NCBI GenBank assembly: GCA_032127875.1
Contig: JAQBHI010000051.1
Location: 7,674 to 71,673, forward strand
Source: Acidobacteriota bacterium
GTDB lineage: Bacteria > Acidobacteriota > Vicinamibacteria > Fen-336
Length of the DNA stretch: 64,000 nucleotides
Direction of reading: 5' to 3'
The notes beneath the pieces are model-generated. The model ran no database searches. It worked only from the letters and a program-made list of their open reading frames with translations, and had not been told where the DNA came from. Made by a program: the position numbers and the translations under genes. Of this stretch, positions 40,334-50,453 are shown one piece after another. How positions within the stretch are numbered: the stretch's first letter is position 1; each line of letters opens with the position of its first letter.

Positions 40334-41515
40334 ATGCGCCGCCGCGTGGTCGTCAATGCGACGGGCATCGGAGGCCGGCTCGGGGGGATCGGGGTCTACG
40401 GCGCCCACCTCATCAAGGCCCTGGTCAAGGCGGAGAGCGATCTGGACTTCAGTATCGTCCTGAACGAAACGGCTCGTCCCCACTTCCTCGACCTCAGCTG
40501 GCCGCCCCACGCGGAGGTGCGCTGGGTGGGCGGCAGCCTGTCTCCTGACCGTGGCACGCTGGGGCATCTGCGGCGCTTCCTCTACGCCAACCGCCTGGCG
40601 CTGCAGCGAAGCGCCCTGGTCTTCGCAGCCAGCCAGATCGAAGCGGCTCTCGTGGGGAGACCGGGGGTGGTCATGGTCCACGACCTGATACCGCTTCGCT
40701 TCCCCCAGTGGCACCCGCGACAGCACTTCTTCTTCCGCCATCTGCTGGGGCCGGCGCTGCGGCGCGCGGCCGCCGTGGTGGTTCCCTCTTACGCTACGCG
40801 GGACCGCCTGCTGGAGCACTACGGTCTGACGGCAGCGCGCATCCACGTGATCCCTCACGGTGCCTCGGTCCCGTTGCGCGCCCAGCCGCAGGCCGAGTCG
40901 GGGCGGGACCCGCTGATCCTGACCTTTGGCGGAGCAAACCCGATGAAGAACGTGCAGACCCTGGTGCACGCTTTCCGACTCGTCGAGCACCGCATCCCGC
41001 ACCGACTCGTGGTCGTCGGCGAGCGGCGGCAGCCGGACGAAAGTCCGGCCACCGGGAGCTCGTCACGCATCCAGTTCCTGGGCTGGGTGTCCCAGGGCGA
41101 GAAGCTCGAGTTGCTCGATCGCGCGGCGGTTCTGGTGTGTCCCTCTTTCGACGAGGGGTTCGGCTTCCCGGCTATCGAGGCCATGGCCCGAGGCTGCCCG
41201 GTCCTCGCCTCCCGCGCGGGGAGCCTTCCGGAGGTGTGCGCCGACGCCGCGATCTACGCAGCAGCCCAGGATGCCGAGGGCGTCGCCGCCGCGCTGCTCG
41301 CCGTCCTGTCGCCCGGCCTGCTGCGCGAGAGCCTGGTCGAGAGAGGAACCCGGCGCGCGGCCTCGCTTGATTGGGGCGCTTCGGCGGCCGCGCACCTCAG
41401 CCTCTTCCGCGAAGTCCTGGGGGCTGGCGACCTGGGCCGGCGGGCATCCGGCTGGCGGGCGGCGGCGGGGCATTCCCCTGCCGGCATCGTGATTCGAAGC
41501 CCGGGCCGGCAATGA
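40334..41515 (+). CDS. GT4 family glycosyltransferase
   Basis: GGIGVY, VHDLIPL, VVVPSYAT, PMKNV, SFDEGFGFPAIEAMARGCPVLAS (Ex7E). Confidence 0.92.
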   Translation: MRRRVVVNATGIGGRLGGIGVYGAHLIKALVKAESDLDFSIVLNETARPHFLDLSWPPHAEVRWVGGSLSPDRGTLGHLRRFLYANRLALQRSALVFAASQIEAALVGRPGVVMVHDLIPLRFPQWHPRQHFFFRHLLGPALRRAAAVVVPSYATRDRLLEHYGLTAARIHVIPHGASVPLRAQPQAESGRDPLILTFGGANPMKNVQTLVHAFRLVEHRIPHRLVVVGERRQPDESPATGSSSRIQFLGWVSQGEKLELLDRAAVLVCPSFDEGFGFPAIEAMARGCPVLASRAGSLPEVCADAAIYAAAQDAEGVAAALLAVLSPGLLRESLVERGTRRAASLDWGASAAAHLSLFREVLGAGDLGRRASGWRAAAGHSPAGIVIRSPGRQ

Positions 41516-42825
41516 GCCTGCGAGGCAAGCTCTGCGACGCCGCCGACTGGTTTGGGGGCCAGTTGCCGCGCCTTGTCCAGTCGGAGCTGCGCGAACCGCC
41601 CCGCTTCCACCGCAAGCAGTGGGAATTCGGCATGATCCTGGGCGCGCTCCACGCGGAAGCTGCGCTCCGCGCGGACAGCCGCGGCCTGTCGATGGGCGGC
41701 GGGCGCGAGCGCCTGCTGTACGCGGTCGCGCGACACGTCGACCGGCTTGTCGTCACCGACCTCTACGGCGGCGGGAGCGGCTGGGAGGAGGCGCGCACCG
41801 ACGACCCGAGGGACTTCATCGAGGCGCACATGCCGTTCCCCGTGGACCCGGCGCGGATCGAGGCCCGGCGCATGGACATGCGGCAGCTCGACTTTGCGCC
41901 GGACAGCTTCGATTTCTGCTACTCCTCCTGCGCCATCGAGCACATCGGTGGCCGGGACGACTTCCTGGGGCACCTGAGGGAGGCACACCGGGTCCTCAAG
42001 GAAGGAGGCATATACGTTCTGACGACGGAGTTCCACTACGGGCCCGAGACGATCGAGCTCCCGGGGAACTACCTGTTCTCGAGCACCTACCTGAGCGAGC
42101 TGTTCGCCGATAGCCCTTTTGCCGCCGCTCCCGTGTTCGACGCGGGCCTCGACCGGCACCGAGCCAACATGCCGCTTCCCGCCAACCTGCCCAGCTTCCA
42201 GCTGGCAACGGACGCCTTGGCCGGCCGCTTGCTGGAGCATCTGCCGCACCTCCAGCTCTTGCGGGGGCCTTGTCCTTTCACGTCGGCCCTGTTCGTCCTG
42301 AAAAAGGCCCCGCGCGTACGTCCCCTTGCGCCAATGCAGTTCCGCGGCCTCTCCGAGTCGTGCGCATTCCTGGCCGAGGGCGTCGAGGAGCAACGGGCGC
42401 TCTTCGCGAGCACAAGCATCACGCTGGCGCCGTTCGCCCTGCTGCCAGGCGGCCGCTCGGCGTTCTTCGCAGAGCAGGCGGCCGCGCCAGTCCTGCGGCC
42501 GGCGTCCGGCGACGATGCGGCCTTCCACACCGACTACGTGTGGCTGGGTTCGGGGGCGCGCAGCTTCAGCGTCGGCGTTGCCGCGAGTCCCACCGCTGCA
42601 GGAACCGCCACGCTCGAGCTACGAGTCCATCGGGTGCGAGCGTCGGGTCCCTTCGACGTCGAGTGCGCCGCCAGCGTGGACGCTGTCCTCGCCCCGGGCG
42701 AGCGGATCACGCGTCAGCTGCCGGTGCTGCTCCGGGACGATTGCTGCTACGCGGTGGTCGGCAAGGTCCGGGCGGGGTCTTGTCTTCTCGAGGCCGTGGA
42801 GGTCGAGAGCCCTCCCGCTCGCTAG
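41512..42825 (+). CDS. Class I SAM-dependent methyltransferase with C-terminal beta-rich domain
   Basis: HRKQWE, LSMGGGRE, VVTDLY, MDMRQLDFAPDSFDFCYSSCAIEHIG, AHRVLKEGGIYVLTTE. C-terminal ~110 aa is beta-strand rich. Confidence 0.82.
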   Translation: MSLRGKLCDAADWFGGQLPRLVQSELREPPRFHRKQWEFGMILGALHAEAALRADSRGLSMGGGRERLLYAVARHVDRLVVTDLYGGGSGWEEARTDDPRDFIEAHMPFPVDPARIEARRMDMRQLDFAPDSFDFCYSSCAIEHIGGRDDFLGHLREAHRVLKEGGIYVLTTEFHYGPETIELPGNYLFSSTYLSELFADSPFAAAPVFDAGLDRHRANMPLPANLPSFQLATDALAGRLLEHLPHLQLLRGPCPFTSALFVLKKAPRVRPLAPMQFRGLSESCAFLAEGVEEQRALFASTSITLAPFALLPGGRSAFFAEQAAAPVLRPASGDDAAFHTDYVWLGSGARSFSVGVAASPTAAGTATLELRVHRVRASGPFDVECAASVDAVLAPGERITRQLPVLLRDDCCYAVVGKVRAGSCLLEAVEVESPPAR

Positions 42826-44561
42826 TCCGTTCCCAGCTCGTCGAGCCAGATGCTGCCGTAGCTTCCAAGCGGCATCGCCCCCTGGTCGATCACGAAGGCG
42901 ATCTCGCGAATCTGATCGAGATCGAGCCGGCCGTCGCTGCGGGGATTGACCGAGCGAAAGCGCTCGACGGGCAGTGCCACCCGGCGCCAAGCCGTCGTGG
43001 TGCGCACCGAAGCGGACCAGAACTCGACCCCGTTGTCGCCGGATGAAGGATTGCGATCGCGAAGCTCGACTCGCATCCTGTAGACGCCGTCGCCCCTCAT
43101 CCAGAAGAGCAAGCTGTGAGCGCCGGAGAGGTCCCATTCGCCCCGGGCGATCAAGGAGCAGTAGGTCGGGGCGTGGGGCGCTTCAAAGGCGCCCAGGCGG
43201 AAGGCGAGACGGGCGGCGACTCGGCCGTCGACCCCGCCGCCGAGCTCGAACGCGGCGGCCACGACTGCGGAGCCCGGATCGTGCTCGGTCGCGAAGCGAG
43301 AGGAGCCTTCGAAACTGTCGAGCAGGCGCCTGGTGGGGGGAGCTTCCGACTGCACCGGCCACGCGGCCCGCTGCTGGCGCCTCAGCCGCTGCTCGGTGCC
43401 ACACACCACGATCGGGTTCGAGATCAGCCACGGGGTGCGCCACCCCGGGACGTACACCTCGACCCTGTACACGCCGGGCTCGGGCGATGGCCACTCCAGC
43501 CTGCCCGTGTGTTCGAGCAGTGGGCGACCGTCCCTGAGCAGGCGCAGCCGCGCCCCGGCCGGCAGGCGACCGCCGGCGCGAAGCCTCAGGCCCGGCCCAG
43601 GCGGAGCGCTGTCCCCCATCGTCCAGCGGCCAGCCTCTCCCTCGAGGGTGAAGCTGAAGCCATCCGCCGGCGCCAGGGCCTCGACGGCCATGTAGGATCG
43701 ACCCGCCCCGAGCGCCGCGAGCACGGCCTGGGCGTCGGAATCGGCGCGGCCTGACAGCGCCTCGGGGACCAGGGCGTAGACCCGAAACAGGTCGAAGAGG
43801 GCGGCATAGGACGGGAAGCGAAGCGCGCGCCCACCCGGGAGCGGAATACGGCTGTGGGCGTCGGATCCCGCAAGCCCAGGCACATCCCGCTCCTGGAGCA
43901 ATTGGTCCCAGCTCTCGAGCGCGGCTTTCGGCGGCGTCAGCGTCGCAAGCAGCGAGTATCGGGAGTTGAGGGCATAGAACACCGCGGTGCGAGCGAGCCC
44001 GGCCCGGCCGGCCGCGCGCCATTGGCTGTCGCCGTTGATGAGCTCGAGGCCCCAGGGGCCAGGCAGGCTCCAGCCCGTGAAGCGCAGGTCGGACCGATTG
44101 CTGTCGGGGTGAGCCGCGAACGCATGACCCCCCAGCTCGTGGATGTCGTCCAACGCGTCGAGCGGATCGCCCGAGAAGCGGAAGCCCGGCGCCGAGGTGC
44201 CCAGGGCGAGCAGATGGCCTGCCGTCGTCGAGATCTCGGTGCCGACGAGCAGGAGCACGCCGTCGTGGTAGCCCTCGAGCGGCTTGGCGTCCAGGTGTCC
44301 GTGGTCCGTGATGGCGACGAAGCGGAGTCCGGCGTCGCGCGCGGCTTTCACGACCTCGTCGGGAGTGCCGCCGCCGTCGGAGAGCATGGTGTGCACGTGG
44401 ACGGCGCCGCCCACGCGCACCCAGCCATCGGCAGGCACGTCTCCGCTGACGGGGAGAGGGTGCCAGAGGGCAACGCGCCCCGCGCCGGCGAGGAGCAGCG
44501 CGGCGAACGCCAGGAACGACCAACGGCAGGCGCGCCGGAGCCGGATCATCCGTTTCTGCAC
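42822..44561 (-). CDS. Exported PHP-family metallohydrolase (CehA/McbA-like) with C-terminal CIA30/CBM11-like domain
   Basis: HVHTMLSDG, ITDH, GTEIST..GH, AHP, GSDAH. C-terminus WDLSGAHSLLFWMRGDG..WRRVALPVERF..LDLDQIREIAF..GSIWLDEL. Confidence 0.8.
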   Translation of the reverse strand: MQKRMIRLRRACRWSFLAFAALLLAGAGRVALWHPLPVSGDVPADGWVRVGGAVHVHTMLSDGGGTPDEVVKAARDAGLRFVAITDHGHLDAKPLEGYHDGVLLLVGTEISTTAGHLLALGTSAPGFRFSGDPLDALDDIHELGGHAFAAHPDSNRSDLRFTGWSLPGPWGLELINGDSQWRAAGRAGLARTAVFYALNSRYSLLATLTPPKAALESWDQLLQERDVPGLAGSDAHSRIPLPGGRALRFPSYAALFDLFRVYALVPEALSGRADSDAQAVLAALGAGRSYMAVEALAPADGFSFTLEGEAGRWTMGDSAPPGPGLRLRAGGRLPAGARLRLLRDGRPLLEHTGRLEWPSPEPGVYRVEVYVPGWRTPWLISNPIVVCGTEQRLRRQQRAAWPVQSEAPPTRRLLDSFEGSSRFATEHDPGSAVVAAAFELGGGVDGRVAARLAFRLGAFEAPHAPTYCSLIARGEWDLSGAHSLLFWMRGDGVYRMRVELRDRNPSSGDNGVEFWSASVRTTTAWRRVALPVERFRSVNPRSDGRLDLDQIREIAFVIDQGAMPLGSYGSIWLDELGTD

Positions 44562-44861
44562 GTCCGCGGTCGATATGGTATTTGGCTTCTCGGTTCGATG
44601 CTAGACCGATCCCCGGGGAATCGGGCCGCGAGGTCTTTTCCGCGAAACTGCCGCTCGAGTTCGCGCCGACGGCCTGCCGGCAGCAGATCGGATTCGTCTT
44701 CGGAGCTCAAAGGACGCTTGCTTCCCGCGGCGCAGCGCGCTGCCCCATTCAAGCATACGTTGTGGGCACGCACGGTCAATTCCAAGGGGCTCTGCTTCAC
44801 GCAGCCATTCGCCAAGTGTGCTGCGCCACACCGCCCAAGAATGCCTGGGTATGAGGAAGCG

Positions 44862-45230
44862 CTAGCCGCGGCCAAGCCAGAGCAGCAGCAGCGCCAGAGC
44901 GGCCGGGAACGCCTGCAGGTACAGGATGCGCCGGGACACGCTCGCAGCCCCGAAAGCGCCCGCGACGACCACGCAGCTCAAGAAGAAGGTCTTGATCGCG
45001 AGCGCGTGTTCAGGCGGGCTCGCGAGCAGGCCCCAGACCAGGCCGGCGGCCAGGAAGCCGTTGTAGAGACCCTGGTTCGCGGCCAGCGCCGCAGAGGCCT
45101 GGGCCTTCTCGGCGGTCTGCCGGAACGTGCGCAGGCCGAGCGGCCGGGTCCACAGAAACATCTCGAGCACGAGGAAGTACACGTGCTCGATCGCGACAAC
45201 CAGCACGATTCCGTTCGCGATCGCATTCAT
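44862..45230 (-). CDS. DUF1304 membrane protein
   Basis: VAIEHVYFLVLEMFLW..LAANQGLYNGFLAAGL..GAFGAASVSRRILYLQAFPA; ATGA overlap with the upstream gene. Confidence 0.85.
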   Translation of the reverse strand: MNAIANGIVLVVAIEHVYFLVLEMFLWTRPLGLRTFRQTAEKAQASAALAANQGLYNGFLAAGLVWGLLASPPEHALAIKTFFLSCVVVAGAFGAASVSRRILYLQAFPAALALLLLWLGRG

Positions 45231-47395
45231 GGTCTGTTCCTCACGGGTCCGCGGTAGCCGAGTGTCAGGGTGAAGCGTGAAGCGCCGTCGGTCTGGATGC
45301 CCCACTCTCCGGAGATCGGGCCCGCGCGCGTTGTGTAGACAACCCCGATGCCAAGGCCCGGGTGGAGGTCGCTGGCGCGAAATGCGCCGAGATCCTGCCA
45401 GACGCCACCCGCGCCGAAACGCGTGAGGAGAGTCAGGTTTCGGATTGCTTCGAAGCGTGCGGTGAGGGCGCCGGCAGCCGCCTGCGGACCCCACAGCTCT
45501 TCTTCACGAAGCCCCGGCGCCAACACGGGGCCGCCCAGGCGGAACTGCTCGTAGACGGGGAGATCGGTGCTCGAGAGCCCGCCGAACAGCTCGAGTTCGA
45601 GAGCCGTTCGCCCGCCGAGGGGTTGCACGAAGCGTCCGGACAGCGAGCTCCGCCAGTAGTCACGCTCGGCGCCGAGGCCGAGGACCGATTTCTCGCCCGT
45701 CAGCGCGAGCCGCAGCCCGTGGGAGGGAAGCCGCAGGTCGTCGAGCTTGTCCCACACGAAACGGCCGAAGGCGAGCCGCACCTGCTCCTTGCCCGGCGCG
45801 AAATCGAGGCCGGGCTGAGCTTCGGTCCGGACGCGGCCGATCGCCAGGCCCGCCTCGAAGGCCTGGGTGCGCTCCCAGGTCTTCGTGAGCGCAGCGCGCA
45901 GCGTGTCGCGCCGAAACTCGGCGCGGCCCAGAAGCGCGCCGTCCGCCCAGAATCGCGGTCGATCCTCCTCGCGCTCCAAGCGCACGGAGTAGCCGACCGG
46001 CACGCGCAGCAGGCGCTCGCCCTCGAGGCCGCCCCGGAACAGGCGTGTCGTGTCGCTACCGGACCAGAGCAGTTCCAGGCGCTCGCCGAGGCCGAAGACG
46101 TTCTGGTTTCGAAACCGCAGCATGCCGCGCGCCTTGTCGGCCGAGTCATAGCCTGCGGCGAGCTCGAGGGCGCTGCGCGCACGCTCCTTGACGCCCAGGA
46201 TCACGCGCACTCCCTCGGCCTGTGATTCGAAGCGCATCCAGCAGGATTCGAAGAAGCTCGTTGCGAAGACCTTGTCGAGCGCAGCCAGGCCTTTGTCCAT
46301 CTCGAAGGGGACGCCCGTGGGGATGTTGAAGGTCCTTCGAATCAGCGCCTGGGAGAAGCGCCGGTTGCCCTCGACCTCGACCGAGACGATGGGCGCGCCC
46401 AGTAGTGACCTGCCCTCGGGGCCCCGGGGCGCGTCCGCCGCAGCGCTGGCCCGCAGCCCGAGGCGCTGCTTGAGCGGGCCGACGATGCTGAGCCCGGCCC
46501 GATAGCCTTGCTCGATCAGCGCGGCGATATTCGTGTAGTCGAGCTTCGAGTGGCGCCCCAGATCCGGCCGAATCTCGAGGTCGGCTTTCTCGGCATAGTT
46601 GCGGTTCTGGACGCCGATGAGCGCGTCGCTGAGCTGGCTCGCGATGCCGGTCACCGACTCGTACTCGCTCGCTTCGAGCGCCGGCGAGGAAACGTCGACG
46701 GCCAGCACCACGTCGCCCCCCAGTGCCCGCGCCACCCCCACGGGCAGGTTGTCGGCCACGCCGCCGTCGACCAGCAGCCGGCCGCCCCACTCGACCGGCA
46801 CCAGGAACACAGGGATCGACATGCTGGCCCGCACAGCGCGCGGCAAATCGCCGTGGTCGATCACGACACGCTCGCCGTTGTCGAGCGCAGCAGCCACGGC
46901 GCGGAAGGGAATCGGCAGCAGGTCGAAGTTGCTTTCCGCACGAAAGCCGGGGCCCGCGAGATGGTCCGTGAGAAAACGGTTGACTCGGTAGTCCGTGAGC
47001 GCGGCGGCGGGCAGGCGGACCTTCCAATCCTCGATGCCGAGCGAGATCAGCGCAGGCAGGTCGTCGAGGCGCTGGGTGACGGGCACCAGCCGCCGCTCAG
47101 GCTGCCCGCTGAACGGGCTCTCCCAATCGAACGAGGACAGCATTGCTTCGAGGCTCCGGGCGTCGATCCCGGTCGCGTACAGCGCGCCGACCACGGCGCC
47201 CATGCTGGTTCCGGCGATCGCGTCGGGCCGGATGCCGTTCTCCTCGAGCGCGCGCAACACGCCGACGTGGGCAATGCCCCGGGCCCCGCCGCCCGACAGC
47301 GCCAAGGCCAGGCGCAGGCGATGGCCTGGCGGCGGCGCCTCGAGCGGGGTGCCTTGCAGGGCGGCGACGAGCAAGAGGCACGCGCCGAGCGTCAA
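45227..47395 (-). CDS. Patatin-like phospholipase + POTRA + BamA/TamA beta-barrel (PlpD-like, type Vd)
   Basis: Signal peptide, LSGGGARGIAHVGVL, AGTSMG (GxSxG), VDGGVADN, POTRA (VEVEGNRRFS), then amphipathic beta-strands with YEQFRLGG..GL. TTG start overlaps the glpD stop. Confidence 0.9.
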   Translation of the reverse strand: MTLGACLLLVAALQGTPLEAPPPGHRLRLALALSGGGARGIAHVGVLRALEENGIRPDAIAGTSMGAVVGALYATGIDARSLEAMLSSFDWESPFSGQPERRLVPVTQRLDDLPALISLGIEDWKVRLPAAALTDYRVNRFLTDHLAGPGFRAESNFDLLPIPFRAVAAALDNGERVVIDHGDLPRAVRASMSIPVFLVPVEWGGRLLVDGGVADNLPVGVARALGGDVVLAVDVSSPALEASEYESVTGIASQLSDALIGVQNRNYAEKADLEIRPDLGRHSKLDYTNIAALIEQGYRAGLSIVGPLKQRLGLRASAAADAPRGPEGRSLLGAPIVSVEVEGNRRFSQALIRRTFNIPTGVPFEMDKGLAALDKVFATSFFESCWMRFESQAEGVRVILGVKERARSALELAAGYDSADKARGMLRFRNQNVFGLGERLELLWSGSDTTRLFRGGLEGERLLRVPVGYSVRLEREEDRPRFWADGALLGRAEFRRDTLRAALTKTWERTQAFEAGLAIGRVRTEAQPGLDFAPGKEQVRLAFGRFVWDKLDDLRLPSHGLRLALTGEKSVLGLGAERDYWRSSLSGRFVQPLGGRTALELELFGGLSSTDLPVYEQFRLGGPVLAPGLREEELWGPQAAAGALTARFEAIRNLTLLTRFGAGGVWQDLGAFRASDLHPGLGIGVVYTTRAGPISGEWGIQTDGASRFTLTLGYRGPVRNRP

Positions 47396-48951
47396 GCGGG
47401 CGCTCCCGACGGAAGGTATTGGCGCGCGAGGCTCCGGAATTCGGCGATCTGGGCGTCGCGCCACGCGCCATCCCGCCGCAACTCCTTCGCGAGCAACTGC
47501 GCGACCTGCGGCGCCATCGCCATGGCGGCCCGCGCGTCGAGAAACAGCGCGCGCGTCCGGCGGGCCAGGACGTCTTCTACCGTGCGGGCGAGCTCCGCCC
47601 GCGCGGCCCAGACCACCTCGGCCGCACAGTAGGGCAGGGCGGGATGCAGCCGCACGCCGAGCGTCGCGTCGTCGGCGATCAGATCCTGGATCGCGAGCGC
47701 GTCGGCTCCGTAGACCGCGAGTGGTCCAAACTTCTCGGCGGCGCCGTGGAAGCCGTGGATGTTCAGGTTGCGGGTCGGGCAGGGCCGCTCCGGCAGCTGA
47801 GCCAGCGTCGCGGCCTGGTTGACCGCGTCCTCGGCCATGTTGCGATATGTCGTCCACTTGCCGCCGGTGATGGTGAGCAGGCCCGAGCCATCGATGTGGA
47901 TCGTGTGATCGCGCGAGAGCGCGGCGGTGCTGCTGGCATCTCCCGTGCGGACCAGCGGCCGGATTCCCACGAAGACGCTGCGCACGTCGGCTCGCGTGGG
48001 AGGACGGTGGAGATACTGCGCGGCGGTTTCCAGGATGAAGTCGATCTCTGCGTCGAACGCCTTCGGTTCGAGCGGTGTCGCGTCGATCGGCGTGTCGGTC
48101 GTGCCGACCAGCGTGTGGCCATGCCATGGGATCGCGAACAGCACGCGGCCGTCGCTGGTGTGTGGCACCATGATCGCGCTCTGGCCCGGCAGGAACGAGC
48201 GCTCGAAGACGAGATGCACGCCCTGGCTCGGCGCCAGCAAGGCCGCCACGTCCTTGTCGGCCAGGCGCCGCACCGCATCGCAAAATGGTCCGGCCGCGTT
48301 GACCACCACCTTGGCGCCCGCGCGCAGCGTCCTGCCGCTCTCGAGATCGGTTGCCACGACGCCGTCCAGGAAACCGTCACTGTCGCGGGTGAAGGCGGTG
48401 ACTGGGGCGTAGTTGAGCAGCGTCGCGCCCTGCTCGGCGGCGGTCGCCACCATGTCGATCAGCAGCCTGCTGTCGTCGAACTGCCCGTCGTAGTAGACGA
48501 CGCCGCCGCGCAGGCCGTCGGTCCGCAGCGTCGGAATGCGCGCCAGCGTTTCTTCTCTGGAGAGCATCTCGGAGACGCCGAAGCCGTACTGCCCCGCGAG
48601 CAGGTTGTAGACCTTGAGCCCGACGCCGTAGAAGGGCGCCTCCCACCACTCGTAACTCGGTACGACGAAGGCCAGGTCGCTCACCAGGTGGGGTGCGTTC
48701 TGGCGCAGCAGGCCGCGTTCCTTCAAGGCCTCCATCACCAGCGAGATGTTGCCCTGCTCGAGATACCGCACGCCGCCATGGACCAGCTTGGTGCTGCGGC
48801 TTGAGGTGCCCTTGCCGAAGTCGCTCTGCTCGAGCAGCAGCACGTCATAGCCGCGGGCCGCGGCGTCGAGAGCGACGCCGACTCCGGTCGCCCCGCCGCC
48901 CACGACAGCCATGTCCCAGACGGCCTCGCGGGAGAAGGCCCGTTCCGCCAT
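47392..48951 (-). CDS. glpD: FAD-dependent glycerol-3-phosphate dehydrogenase
   Basis: VVGGGATG, GTSSRSTKLVHGGVRYL, YYDGQFDD, NAAGPF, GIRPLV, TGGKWTTYR, LARRTR. Start may extend to CTG at 48966. Confidence 0.96.
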   Translation of the reverse strand: MAERAFSREAVWDMAVVGGGATGVGVALDAAARGYDVLLLEQSDFGKGTSSRSTKLVHGGVRYLEQGNISLVMEALKERGLLRQNAPHLVSDLAFVVPSYEWWEAPFYGVGLKVYNLLAGQYGFGVSEMLSREETLARIPTLRTDGLRGGVVYYDGQFDDSRLLIDMVATAAEQGATLLNYAPVTAFTRDSDGFLDGVVATDLESGRTLRAGAKVVVNAAGPFCDAVRRLADKDVAALLAPSQGVHLVFERSFLPGQSAIMVPHTSDGRVLFAIPWHGHTLVGTTDTPIDATPLEPKAFDAEIDFILETAAQYLHRPPTRADVRSVFVGIRPLVRTGDASSTAALSRDHTIHIDGSGLLTITGGKWTTYRNMAEDAVNQAATLAQLPERPCPTRNLNIHGFHGAAEKFGPLAVYGADALAIQDLIADDATLGVRLHPALPYCAAEVVWAARAELARTVEDVLARRTRALFLDARAAMAMAPQVAQLLAKELRRDGAWRDAQIAEFRSLARQYLPSGAPA

Positions 48952-48962
48952 CTCTTCCCGAG

Positions 48963-50453
48963 TCAGGGGCGAGGCTCCCAGCCCTTGGAGCGGGCGAGCG
49001 CTTCCTGCCAGCGCTCACGCAGCGCAGCCGCTTGCGAGGCGGGCATGGCCGGCTCGAAGCGCTTGTCGACGCGCCACTGCGCGGCGGTCTCGCGGGTGTC
49101 CTTCCAGAAGCCGACAGCGAGGCCGGCGAGATACGCGGCACCCAGCGCCGTCGTCTCCGTGATCACCGGCCGCAGCACCGGGACGCCCAGGATGTCGGCC
49201 TGGAACTGCAGCAGCAGATCGTTGCGGCTGGCGCCGCCGTCCACGCGCAGCTCGGGCAGCGCGACGCCCGAATCCGCCTGCATCGCGCTCAGCAGGTCGC
49301 CGACCTGGTAGGCGATGCCCTCGAGCGCCGCCCGCGCCAAATGGCCAGCACTCGTGCCGCGCGTGAGTCCCAGCACAGCGCCCCGTGCATACGCGTCCCA
49401 GTGCGGCGCCCCAAGGCCCGCGAAGGCGGGTACGAGATACACGCCGCCGTTGTCCGGAACCGAGCGCGCCAGGCTTTCGATCTCGTCCGACGAGCGGATC
49501 AGGCCGAGGCCGTCGCGCAGCCACTGCACAACGGCGCCACCGATGAAGACGCTGCCCTCGAGCGCGTAGTCGGTGACGCCGCCGCGCGTCCAGGCCACGC
49601 TGGTGAGCAGCCGGTGTCGCGAGGCCGTTGGCTGCTTGCCCAGGTTCTGCAGCAGGAAGCAGCCGGTGCCGTAGGTGTTCTTGGCCAGGCCCGGAGCGAT
49701 GCACATCTGCCCGAACAGCGCGGCCTGCTGGTCACCGGCGATGCCGGCGAGCGGGATGCCCGCGAAGGCTGGCAGGCTCGTCTCGGCGTAGAGCTCGCTC
49801 GAGGAGCGCACCTGGGGCAACACGGCCCGGGGGATGCGGAACACCCCGAGCAGCTCGTCGCTCCAGGCGCCCGTGTGGATATCGAAGAGCAGCGTGCGCG
49901 AGGCGTTGCTCGAGTCGGTGATGTGAAGGCGGCCTGCAGTGAGTTGCCACACGAGCCAACTGTCCACGGTTCCGAAGGCGAGCTCGCCGGCCTCGGCTCG
50001 CGCCCGCGCGCCCGGCACGTTGTCGAGGATCCAGCCGAGCTTGGTGCCCGAGAAGTAGGCGTCGAGCACGAGACCTGTGCGGTCGCGGACGAGCGGCTCC
50101 GCGCCGTCGGCCTTCAGCCGGTCGCAGGCCTCCGCCGTGCGGCGGTCCTGCCATACGATGGCGTTCATCAGCGGCGTGCCGGTCGCGCGATCCCAGACGA
50201 GCGTCGTCTCGCGTTGATTGGTGATGCCGATTGCCGCGATGTCGCGCGGCCCGAGCTTCGCCTTCGCGAGCACCTCGCTGGCGACCCCGAGTTGCGACTC
50301 GGCGAGTTCGTCCGGGTCGTGTTCTACCCAGCCGGCGTGCGGGTAGAGCTGCCGGAACTCGCGCTGGGCCAGCGCAACGATGGCGCCGCTGCGCTCGAAC
50401 AGGATGGCTCGTGAACTGGTCGTCCCCTGGTCGAGGGCGAGAATGCAGGTCAT
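48963..50453 (-). CDS. glpK: Glycerol kinase
   Basis: [64 protein letters not shown]. Confidence 0.98.
   Translation of the reverse strand: MTCILALDQGTTSSRAILFERSGAIVALAQREFRQLYPHAGWVEHDPDELAESQLGVASEVLAKAKLGPRDIAAIGITNQRETTLVWDRATGTPLMNAIVWQDRRTAEACDRLKADGAEPLVRDRTGLVLDAYFSGTKLGWILDNVPGARARAEAGELAFGTVDSWLVWQLTAGRLHITDSSNASRTLLFDIHTGAWSDELLGVFRIPRAVLPQVRSSSELYAETSLPAFAGIPLAGIAGDQQAALFGQMCIAPGLAKNTYGTGCFLLQNLGKQPTASRHRLLTSVAWTRGGVTDYALEGSVFIGGAVVQWLRDGLGLIRSSDEIESLARSVPDNGGVYLVPAFAGLGAPHWDAYARGAVLGLTRGTSAGHLARAALEGIAYQVGDLLSAMQADSGVALPELRVDGGASRNDLLLQFQADILGVPVLRPVITETTALGAAYLAGLAVGFWKDTRETAAQWRVDKRFEPAMPASQAAALRERWQEALARSKGWEPRP

Noticed and set aside
44790-44820. Sigma54 promoter (TGGC..TGC on the minus strand)
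   Set aside because: The GG-to-GC spacing is 9 nt instead of the required 10.
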